Assembly (NCBI GenBank): GCA_964057225.1
Contig: OZ059896.1
Span: 8,308,001-8,372,000 of the forward strand
Direction of reading: 5' to 3'
Length of the DNA: 64,000 bases
Source of the DNA: Auanema rhodensis
Taxonomy: Eukaryota > Animalia > Nematoda
The position numbers were made by a program, and so were the translations under genes. The notes under the pieces were generated by a model that was given only the letters and a program-made list of their open reading frames with translations, did not search any database and was not told the origin of the DNA. Shown here piece after piece: positions 41,296 to 53,700 of this stretch. Numbering within the stretch: the stretch's first letter is position 1; each line of letters begins with the position of its first letter.

Positions 41296-44200
41296 ATGAA
41301 CTGGCCTGTTCTGATACTTTCCTTCATTCATTTATCTAGTTGCTTTTCAAGTAAGTTATAATACTATAATATTAATATTAGAATCTATATTCTTCATCCA
41401 ATACTTCAATAATTCAACGTCTTGCTCGCTCGTTTTCTCTTTTTTGTTTTATGACATTGTCGGAATCTGAAGAATCACGCAAGTGTAATAGGCATCTTCC
41501 TGTCAATTGCAGCCATCTGATGACCATATCACTTCAGTTTTTGACCAAAACTATGCTTCATCTCCCTAATGTTTTTCTTCTTTTGCATTGAGGGTCATTT
41601 ATCTTTACAATGCCTGTTTTTGTCTTTTTTTTGTTATCCCGAAAGACTTAATATCGGATCACCAGACGGAAGCTGGTAGAGCTGGCATGAGGATTGAGAA
41701 GAAAACCATCTGGGTTACGTACATTCGGATGTGCTCAAAGAAAGCTGGCATAATCCGTGTACGACCTCAGTCATCAACTTATGACATCTTTCCGGCTCTC
41801 CTCATCCAGAGTTTGACCGATGCCTTTCTCTTCATCCGTCTAACCGTCCGTCAACTTGGAGCCTGTCCGTTGTCTATCCGTCTGTCTAGCTGGTGAAGAA
41901 AGTAGCCAGATTAGCTGCAGCTCTTGTCATCTTCATCTCATCCACGAATATGTGACAACAACAGAATTCCGCCTCAGATTTTAATATCTGTCACCTGATT
42001 GACATAATTTACAATCTATTGATGAGCTCCTTAACAATCACATCAAATTCTGTTGATAGGAAGCAGTCAATTAAGATGTGAAAAAGACTATTAAGTTGTC
42101 AATCACATAGTTTATTCAAGAACTTCAAAAGTTTAAACTCACGAATATTTAAATTTATTTGAGAAGAAGTGTTATTGTATCGCATTTAAAGATTTGTGGT
42201 AATATATACTTTGTATATTAATCTTCTTTTTTTTTGAAGAGGAAGCTTATGAATATACGATGTAGATATTTGCTGTCTATAACTTGAGGATTTGACCCGA
42301 CACAGAAGTAATTGAACATTGTTTATGTATTATTCTATTGATATATAATAGTTAGATATAAGAGTTCTGTGAGGGTAACATAGAAAAAATTGGATGTAAG
42401 CATAGATTGACCAAGAAAAGATAGGTTTGGCCTTTGTGCGATGCTCTCAGCGTTATAGGTGCTCCTTCATCAAAAAGATCTCTATGTAAATATAAAGAAG
42501 AGAGAAGACCTCCTTATAATGAGCATATTATTCCATATAGTTAAGAACTGAGGATAAATATAAATTAACTGGAAAAAAGTAAAAATTATATAATTGACTT
42601 GCTTGCTAATGTTTTCAATTGAGTAGCTAATTAAATGGATGAACATGATGAGCCTGGATAATGATAGGTTTCAGTTTTGATTGTACAGCCTAACGAAGTT
42701 AGTCATATCCTAAGACAGTCCTTGATTTACTTAACCATCTAAACATGTATAATCGAGCTAAATGATCTTCTTAGGGCTTATTTTGGTCAATTGCTCCAAA
42801 ATGTAACATGAAGGATGATCATGGGTATTCCCAGCTCAGAACATCTGGTTATATCTTTCTACAGAAAACATGTAACTATGAGGTCATGGTAGAACAGGGA
42901 GATTCAAATGAGAATCAAATGAATGACTCAAAGAATAATATGCATAAATATGCACAGAAATTTTAGAAAATAATTAAGTTTTTCAGATGAACAATGTCCT
43001 CTAGGGTGGCTTTCATCGGGAGAATGGTGTGTTAAGGTGTCAATTCAGCCAGAAACATTCTATAATGCTCAGGTAATTTTTCTTCTGTGATTGTTAAAAC
43101 ATTTTTCATTTTTTTATATTTTTCATTCATTTATACTTTTTTTTATTTTAGAAAGTATGTGAATTAGAAGGTGGTCAACTATTTCATTCCGAAATTCAAT
43201 CAGAAATCGATGATGTCATAGATATCTTAAAGGTTTTTGAAAATAAAAAAAAGAGTTTTCATTTCTCTTATTTTAGGATTTATATGATCGAGGTGTTCAT
43301 GAGAGTACATGGATTATTTCTCTCATATATCATACTCCACGAGCAATAAGCCGTCATTCTGATGGAAATTATTCAGTGTAAGTCAAATACAATATATTTT
43401 GACATATTTTTCTGTATTATGTTATACTTGCAGCCAAAAAAAAAACTTTTATTTTGAAAAAAAAAATTAGAAAAAACAGAAATTTATAGAAAAAGCATAT
43501 AAACTGAGTAAAAAAAGTTATTTATTTACCATCACGGAAATACGAATTGAATTTGACGAAAGCAATGAAAACGCAGCGATTTTCGGGAATTACTGATGAG
43601 CATAAGTGGTAGAGAAATGAAATATAAATGATTAAACTCAAAAATAAATGCTCTTGGTTACTAGTGGTCAAGTCGTTTCACTCAAACAACTTTGGATTTG
43701 CAAACACAACTGAAATGAAAGAAAAGTTACTTAAACAGAGGGAAAGTATATATGTAAATGATATATATATTTAATAAAATTATAGAAAAAATAAAAAAAT
43801 AAATAAAATTATGTTAAGAAATCTGATATTCAATATAAAAATCTTTTTATATGAAAAAGCATGTATGAAATTATTAATTAAATACATAAAACTTGAAAAT
43901 TAAAAACCATCTTCGATATTTTCATTAAATATAATCAAAACAGTTGTATAGATTTATATAAATATTAACTAAAAATTATATATTTAGTTAAATACAGTAA
44001 TCATTTAATCTAAAATTTATTTTATTTCAGAATAACAACATCATTATCAGCTGCATGTCCATTTGTATGCTCCCTGACACAATCAAATCGTCGAATGTTG
44101 AATTTCCAACAAATGCTTCTTCCAAAAGGTTAACTTTGATATTTTTCCTAATTTTTATTTTTTTTCTCAATAGGAGCTCCTAAAATGATTTCTTCTGGTC

Positions 44201-47200
44201 CTGCTGAATTATATTTTCATCCACGAAACGGTGCTGACTTTGTTCCAATTCCATGCGCTGTTGAAGCTAATCCTGCAGCTACCATAACTTGGTATAAGAA
44301 TGATGTGCAAGTGGTATATTTCGAGAAAAATGTCTTTTCTTTTTAATATTTGGCATTATTCAGGTTCATTCATCATCTTCTGCTGGACCTTCAAATGAAT
44401 CTTATCTTTTATCTGGTGGAACATTACTTGTTCCAGCAGTTGCTTCTCTAGCATATTCATCATTTCATTGTGTTGCAACAAACGAATATGGAAAAGTCAG
44501 GTTCGTATTTATTCAGTATTAGCAGAAAAAAAAAATAATATTTTATTCAAAAGACAAAAAATAGCTCATTTCCAGAAGTGCTTCTGTTCTTTTGAAACCA
44601 GCATTTCTTGATTCATTTGTGGAACGCCGCCACGATGTTCTCCCATTAGCTGACGGCGGTGCCCGACTTGATTGCGATGCTCCAGCTCACCAGCCAAGTA
44701 AGCTAATCTAAAATATTTTTTTTCCTTTCAAACTTTAAACCCAAATTAAATCCCTATATGGTAAGTCGTAAGAGTTCAAATTGTTCAATAATGAAATGCT
44801 TTCAAAACAATTCCTTCATCATCATGAAATTGATTTTGGAGTGCAAATGACATGAGTGAGATCGAATAAAAACTTTGTGTAGATAGCATTTACAAAATCA
44901 ATCTCAACCATAAAAAGAATGAAGAAAGCGGTTTCTCCGATTTTCATTGTTGCTATCTGTTCGATTTCCTCTGTATTTCCTTTTGATGCCATTTTGAATC
45001 ATGCCATTCAGCATAGTTAAGTAAGATCACTTATAATTTTGGATACGATGATATAGAGAATACGTCATTGAGAGAAATACTTTTTCAATTCTTTTTTCAA
45101 ATATATTTTTCTCTTTATATCATTTTTTTCTCTCATTATTATAATACCTACTCATCATTTCATATAAAAATTCTATTAAAGTTTTGAATTTGTTTTGATT
45201 TTCATAACTATGTATGACATCTATTCATCAGAAATGTATCATCTTACCCATTTTTTATAGTTTTTGATAGAAAATATTGAAAAGTAGTATTCAATGTATT
45301 TTTCAATATTGTTTTTCTAAACAATCATTTTTTTCCTTCTTCTTCTTCTTTTTTTCTGTATTCTACGCTACAAGCCATGCCTTACGGCCCTGGCCGTCTC
45401 TCTAATTGAATCTCAATATAAAACAATGGAATCACATTTTCTCTCTTTACTTACTTGTCTATCTATCATCAATCTCTCTTTCACTATTTTCTTTTTTCCT
45501 CTTTATCTTCATCACTCCATCACAGTGTGTCCTTACTCTAACTGTCTTTATCTCATTTACTATTTTCCAACTCTTCTCATTCACCAATCTCATCCATATT
45601 TGGTTGCTTCTATTTACTTATCCAATCTTACGAGGATTTCTAAAGCAATTTTCAGTTGAACGTATCTGCTACAAACCTTTCTCGTTCTTGCAATCTTATT
45701 CATCCAATTCTTCACTTCGAGAAATTTTTTTTTTGGAATCCAGCTATTGTTTGCCTTAAAATATTTCTATCTTTTTATATTTATTCAGAATTTAATATAA
45801 AAAACATCAAAACTATATTTTGATGTCTAAATATATATCTTAAGAACCATTCTTCTGCAAAATGCATTTTTCCCTTTTTTTTGGTTCGATTGTCTAGTTT
45901 TTAAAGTTATTTAAGCCAAAGAATAGTTTGTTCTTCTTTTCAATTTCAAAAAAGAAAATATCAATGTGTTTCTCGCATCGTTTGATGTCTTAAAGCTATA
46001 TCTACTTCATTTAGTTGTGCGCCACTCTTCTTATAACATTCAATGAGATCATTCATTTTGACAAACTAAAGTCGATTCTTCTATGTCTCAATTTGTTTAT
46101 TACAAATGGAGAATTTTCAAAATGTTAAAAGGCTAAATACTGGATGAATCATTCTATTTGATAAATTTCATTTAATCTTAATGTTCCACTACGAAGCATT
46201 GTTGTAATATAGATTTAACATCAAACGCTCAAACACGTATATCATTTAGCTTATCTATCTAAATTATATTCAACATTTTCTTAAAAAATCTCTTTTGAAC
46301 AAGAAAATTTTTTTATTATTGGAATCAAGAAAAGATCATTTATTTATCTATTTGTCTTTCTTTATATATCTATAGTTAATTGCATAACTGATAAGCAGTT
46401 CACGATTTTTTGTTCAGTAACTGACATACTACCAATCACTCCCCCCCCCTTTACCAATTTTCTTCCTGTCTCTCTCAATCTCTCTTACCTTTTCCAAGAA
46501 AAACAATTTAAGCTATTTTTCTTTGGCATGTCTAAGCTTCCCCCGGGACAGGAAAGAAAATAAAAAACAAGAAATTTGAACTTTATCAACATCACCAATT
46601 TGTATATTTAGTAGAATTTGAATTTTCAAAATTTAACGTAAAAGTCTCTATTCCTTTTCTAATCAATCAGCACTTTTATTTTAATTTCCATGCATTAAAA
46701 CAAATGTGAAAAAGAGTAGATAAAGATTTATAATTTAATAGAAAAGTTAATTGAATTTCAGCTCATATTTAACTGAACAGTTTTTCGTTTTCTTTTAAAT
46801 ATTTCCTGGTTTCTGAAATGAAATCTTTTGTGTTGCCGACTAGCTCTGTGACCGATTGACTGTTCAGTATATCTACGTATATTGGAAAGAAAGCAGAACT
46901 GATAAGGCCATTCTCTTTTCGCTTTTAACATAAAAACAAGAGTTTAAAACATTTTATAAGTCGAAATATCATCTTATGCTATAACATTCTTGATTTTCTC
47001 TCTGGATAGTTGCTAAACATGATTAAAGCATTCTTCATGAACATACACATATATGTATATGTATATAAGAATGTTGAAGCAATGAAATAAATTTAAAAAC
47101 TTCAGCAATAGTTAAAGCACTTGTGACTTCAGAATCTTAGAAAGAATTTTAAAATAGCTTTCTTTGAATTATATAAACGAAAAGAGACATCACAACTCGA

Positions 47201-47674
47201 CAAGCTTTATATCATATATGATGCTTTTCTATTTGCGAGAATTTAAAAGCATAATCTACAAAAACAGTTTTGCAACTATTATCCTATAGAATATGAATTT
47301 AATTGAATTAATACATAAATCAATTACATTTTTTTTGATCATTTTATTCTTCACTTTCAATAGTAAACACGTTTATCTTTTTTCTGAATTTCATCCATCT
47401 TTTCCACACTTAGTACTTTTTTGACATTAGAAACAGCGTCTAAGATAAGATGATTCCTTTATTTGGAAAACAAATTGTTGACGGATCGACATTTCACGTC
47501 AAAGTGTGTGTTCTATTAGCCTTCTGAAATATCAATGAAAATTTGACGTTTTCGTAAAATTCTAAACAAAAATGCGCAGGCTCTTCTATTAGTTGGAACA
47601 GTTGGAAGAAAAAACAATGTTTTATTTAATTTTGCTTCGAATTCATTTAATAAACATTGAACTAAGCCTTGAGA

Positions 47675-47722
<48 letters not shown>

Positions 47723-50700
47723 ATCAAAGTGAAGAAAAGACTAACTGCTTTCAACATGTTGAGTGTACGGGATATGGAGAAAAGGGAGGATAATGTCATC
47801 TGATATGACGTATAGCCCCCCACTGAATAGGATTGATATCGTCTCTCACTCCCTCTATTTCTACCCTTTATCTCTTTACCCTTTTCATTTTGAAATCTCA
47901 CTAATTTCTCTGTCGATCTCTTAAAGAACATGCAATCATATTACATCTTTCCTCTTATCTTCATCTTACACTCTCTCTCTCTTTCCCTCTCTCTGAAACA
48001 GCCGTCTGTCTGTTGCAGCTTTTACTTTTTCCCATGAGAACGTGTGCTTGTGTGTCCTCCACCAGTCAGTTTACGCGTTCTCTTTGACTTCTCTTAACAT
48101 TATACCCTGCTCAGCTCTATTAGATTTATTCATTCTTCAATAGAATGTTATGATTTTCCATCCTATTCTCACGGCTTACAGCTTAGATTTCAACTAAAAA
48201 AATAAAACAGATTATATACTAACTATACATATTACTATTATTAATGAGTAGGTCAAAACTGTTGTCCATAACCGGTTGATTGGCGATCGGTTTGAGAAAC
48301 AAATACGTATTTTCAGTTCAAGTTTTTGTGCCACAGATCAGATCTCATTTTTTTTATAATTATTCTCCTAGCATTACGCCAAATCATCACGATGTATTCT
48401 GCAGTGTTTCTGCGAATTTGAAACTCTTCTACTCTTTCTTTTCGTTCATCGTTCATGATGTATTCGAATTCAAAAGCTAGTAAAACAAACTCAATTCATT
48501 GACTTAATTCTTTTCATTAATTTAAATGCATTTCTAATAAAATAAAATACTCTTAATCATTATTTTAATGTTATTACTTTCATTTTTGTACAATTATAAC
48601 TACTAGTTGAGTACGTTTGTTTCTTTTATATTTATAAAATTAATAATATATAACTAAAGATTAAGATGAATATATCAAACTTTAAACAAGTTTTTGAAAT
48701 GATGAGCAAACAAAAAAGTTTTTTTTAGTATTTTGATATTTATATTTATGTATATCAATATATAAAATATTATACATTGAATGTTATAAATATAATTTAT
48801 GTAAATTATCTAATAATATTATTCATTTTTCCTGAATATTTTATATTCTAAATCTGATGAGTGTATCTGACGCTAGATGTGTGTTCAAACGCACTCGCAC
48901 ACATCATCTTCTAACACCAATAACAATAAAAAAAATTTTATTATATGTAGTATAAGCAATCAAATTTCCCATTTATTCTCATTTAACCATAACAATATTT
49001 CTCTATAATTAAATTTTTTACTAAATCAATGTTATTTCCTTCTTTCATTTCGTAAAAAAAATAATAATTCGGCAACTATTGATAAAATTATTTTTTTGAT
49101 TCATATATGGCTTATGTCATTTCCGGATATAAACAAGATTTTTATTTGTATTTTTTAATTATTGTTCTCAGGATTCTGATTTGTTTATTCCTTATCAACT
49201 AAAATTAATCTATCTTCTCCATCAAGTTCATAAAAAACTGATTTAGTTCACGTTTTGACCGCTTCACGCTTCAGATTTTTATTTTCGTATCTCATACTCT
49301 CCACACAGCCAATGATCTCTTATTGTATTTTCTCTTTAAAACTACAGTCATTTTGCCTAATTAAATGTTTTCTAGCCATATCGGTTCTAACTATATAGTT
49401 CTAAACTTTCAAGAGGCCAGGTAACCCTGACATACTAGCTAGTTGACCAATCATATTGGTTTTTTTTTCTTACAAATATTTTGTTACTTGTATGTATATA
49501 GAAGTATAAAATAAAATTGATTTTAATGAAAATCATTGTTATTCTTTGTGTTCATCATCAACCCATAAGCTTAGCGTAAGCCACTATATCTCCTTCTCTT
49601 CTTCTTCTTCTTTCTAATGTTCTTTTATTCTCTATAAATGACTGACTATGTACAGATCTTCGAAATTTTGTTGAAAAACTATTGATCTTATCCTCCTATT
49701 ATTCCAAACAAAGGTCAGCTTCCAATATCAAAGTCAAATACTTTTCATGTCATTTTAATAGAAGCCTAAAACTAGACAGATAAAGAGGGAGAGGGAATAG
49801 AGATAGGAGAGAGGGATGAGAAAGACGTTAAAAGGGGTGGAGTAGAAGTTCGAACGTGTTTGTCTGAAAAATTTCCTTCTGCCTTCAAATTCCCGAGCCT
49901 ATTTTGTCTTTGACTCTTTGCTTTCTTTCTTCTTATTAGGCACACTATTTCAACTCAAATTCTGAACACTCATGTCTTCCATGTCCTTTCATTAGCTTCA
50001 TAGTCGTATCTATCGCCCAACACAAATGTTGATTTAGTCTCTCGCACTTAACTTAGAAAGAGAGCAAGAGAATGAGAGAGATACGGACTACCGATTCACC
50101 AAATTAGAGAGAGAATAAGAAAGAGAATATAGTAAGTGCTACACAAGAGTTTGCGAGTGAGACAGAGATAGAGGAAGAATGAGATAGGAGGAAAGTGATG
50201 ATGTCGTTGAAGCCGATGCTGTATAGAGGATATCGCTCCTCAAGTTCATCAAAAGTCTCGGCCCATCATTCGCTTCATCAACATCTGAATCTTCGTTGTC
50301 GATTTATGTCTCGATCCTTACATAGCCTCAAGCGCAATCGCTTTCCATAGTTGTTAAATCCTTGAAAATGCTCATTTCAATTGCTTATTGGTCCAATTCT
50401 GGAACCTAAAGAACAATTCCTTTCATTTCGCATCTTTCATTTATATTGATAGAACTAGTATATCAGAATATTTTCAATATTTCTCCAATTTTTGAATCTA
50501 TTTTTCTTAGTTTGGACTTGTACATTGTTTAGTAATAGAATAGAAACCTATTACAATTATGAATAAGCCAAATGAGGTTACGTCAGAAGATACACATCTC
50601 TTTCTTCATCGTATATATTTCGCTTTCCTATAATTTTCCTCAATAGTTCTTTTTCTCTCATTTATCTTTCCATTGTCTTTTTTCTCATTTTATTTTTTAT

Positions 50701-53700
50701 TTATTTTTTTTTTCTTTTAAAATTTATATTTGAATCTTTTCTTCGTTATATCATCAATTTTACATTCAATTGAGTTTTCAATTTTACAGAAAAATGGAAT
50801 TATATAAATCATCCAAAAGCATTTCTTCATCATCAATCATTTCTTCATTAATTGATTTTAATTTCAAAAATTATATAAACTTGCATAAAGCATAGTTTAT
50901 ATATTATCTTAAAATAATATTAAAAGTCATAAAATGAGATTAAAATTGCTGATAAAGTAATTTTTAAAAAAATGGATTGAGAAAATGAAAAAGTAGTAAA
51001 TGCTATCTACGAATGTATGGTTCACCCAAAAAATGTATGGATGTTGATGACTTCAAAGTTAGGATACAACTTGCACTCACATCACAAACAAACACTCACC
51101 CTCACATATTCACTCTCATTCACTCACTTGCTCACTCATTCACTTACACATGCACACACACACACACACATGCACATACATCATCACTCGCACGATTTTA
51201 AAGTTTCTTCTTAGCACTACCTGCACACCTCACTCACCACATACATGCACACACATATGCACCATATATACACGTATCTTCACATCATTTATTCAGATTT
51301 TGTATTTTATGTGTATTATTCACATAATTATATGAAAAAATGACGAATACAATGTTTTGCACTCGCACATACACACTTCAAAATTGAAAAGTTTTATGCA
51401 CATTAGCACCTTCACTTTGCACTCGCACGTATCACAACTTCTTCTGTCGGAAACGGTTTTTTGGGATTTTATCACTTGTACCACTCGCACACACAATTCT
51501 ATACATTTTAACGCCATTAGTATAGTATTAATTGGTTATTAATAGTTAGCATAGTTTAGTAGATTTACAGTTTAGTCCTTGCTCATATGTTACTGATCCA
51601 CTACTGTAATGGTGCTACCTCATTTGTTCTTCATTGTTCTACTAGAAATTTATTTCACAAAAACGCATGTAATGCTTCCAATCAACGATTGAACTTAACT
51701 TCACTGTTCATTTTGTCCCTCTGTTGTGCCAGGTTGTTTTTTTGATTTGTTTGTTTGTTTGTTTGTTGGGCTCCCTAGACCACAGCTTATTGTCACATAT
51801 ACACACAACAGTACACCTTTTCTGTCTAATTATATATTTTTCCCTTTTCTTGCTTGAAACGTTAACATGCTATATGCTTGATCAGTAATACAGTCTGGAA
51901 CTTAAGTTCGATAGAGCTGAAACAATTTAAGGCAAAAGAAGAACAAATATAAAATTAAGGTTTGCCATATAGGGATAAACACAATAAGATTTCATAAAAA
52001 TTTCATAAATTCTATTTATAAATATATTAATTTCAGAATCGTTATCATTCTCATGGCTCATTGGAACAACAAGTCGCGTTTTGCAACAATCTGCAAGAGT
52101 ATTTGTTTCTTTGGATGGTTCATTATATTTGTCATACGTAACACCAGATGATGACGAAAAGTAAATAGTATATAGCTTTCTTTCATTTATATTTTTCAAA
52201 TTATATAGATATGCTTGTGCTCTATCTTTATCTTCGACACAATCCGGACACTATGGCCCATTCTTTCGTCTTCGTGTTGGAGGAGCTCAACCACAAAGCG
52301 CTCCCAGAATAGCAAGCCATTTACCTCAAATCTTTCCGGAAACTCCTACTGTTGATGATACAGTTTATATTGAATGCTTTGCTTATGGAAATCCAGTCCC
52401 TACATACAAATGGACAAGAGTTGATGGGCAACCCTTAAGTTCGAGAGCAACTACAACTAACTTTGGACGCATACTACGCATAGATAATGTTCAGATGTCA
52501 GATTCTGGAAAATATCGATGTACAGCTGGAAATTCGATTAGTGCAGCATATGCTGATGTAGTTTTAATATTGAAATGTATAACTTAATACAATTAGATGA
52601 CATAGTTAATATAATTATTTCAGCACGTCCAACTGTGGTTGTGCCACTATATGATCGTCTGATTCCATCAGAATCAACATTTCATCTGGATTGTCCATTA
52701 TCAAATGCTGATCGTCATTCCACAATTGAATGGTTCAAAGATGCTAACCCAATTGTTCCATTGTTGATGAAGCCAGATGAGAGAAGTCGTTATAAAGTAG
52801 AGGATAGTCGGTAAGTTTTTGAAGATATAAGATTTTAATAAAATAATGAAACAACAGAGCTTATTTAAATATTTTTAGACTAACTGTTATTGGGACAAGA
52901 ACAACCGACTCAGGAATTTATGAATGTATAATTAGTAATGAAATTGGAGTCTCAATTAGTTCAGCTCATGTTTATGTGAAAGACGTTGTCCCGGCTTTTC
53001 CTCCCCAAGCAATGCCATTGAAAGTTTATGCTATAAAAGGATCAAACTTGGTATTTTAAACAATTTATGCTAATTATATGTTAATTCAATAATGTTTTTC
53101 AGAACATTCCTTGTATATACCAAGCTTCACCACATGGTCATAGTAAATGGACAGATGCCGGAGGAAACAAAATTCCACATAAGGGACGTGTGAGAGAAGA
53201 TCATGGTGCATTGATAATTCAAGATGTTCTAACAGGTACAATATATAATATATAAAAATAAAATTTCTTACCCATATGATATAGATGATGAAGGACTATT
53301 TTTCTGTTCTGCTCATAATCGTCTTGGACGTGCTCATGCTCAAGTTTTGCTTGTTGTTGTAGGTAAGTTAATTTTTAAAAAAAATCATGCTTTCATTAAT
53401 CCATATATTGTACAACTTCATATTCTATAATTTTGCAGAAAAACCACGACTACGTGTGAAAACTCAAAAAGGGCGAACTCCAGGAACATCAAATTTGACT
53501 TGCGAAGTTGAATTAGAATGTGAAACTGGATGCCCCGAACCATTGATGAGTTGGTATCTTGATGATAAGCCATTAGCACATAAAACTAAAAATCACATGA
53601 CGACTAAGATTCACGAACATAAGAAATCTTCTGGACATAGTCGTTACACAGTAAATCATAAAATGGATATAGAGGCAATATTATATATTGTTTTCTTATT

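Noticed and set aside
51350-51500. Repeat-spacer pattern as a CRISPR-like array
   Set aside because: Only three short, degenerate cores in a eukaryotic intron, with no cas genes.
51609-51668. Signal-peptide-like MVLPHLFFIVLLEIYFTKTH as an alternative rig-6 first exon
   Set aside because: Its donor is phase 0, while the 52038 exon requires phase 1.
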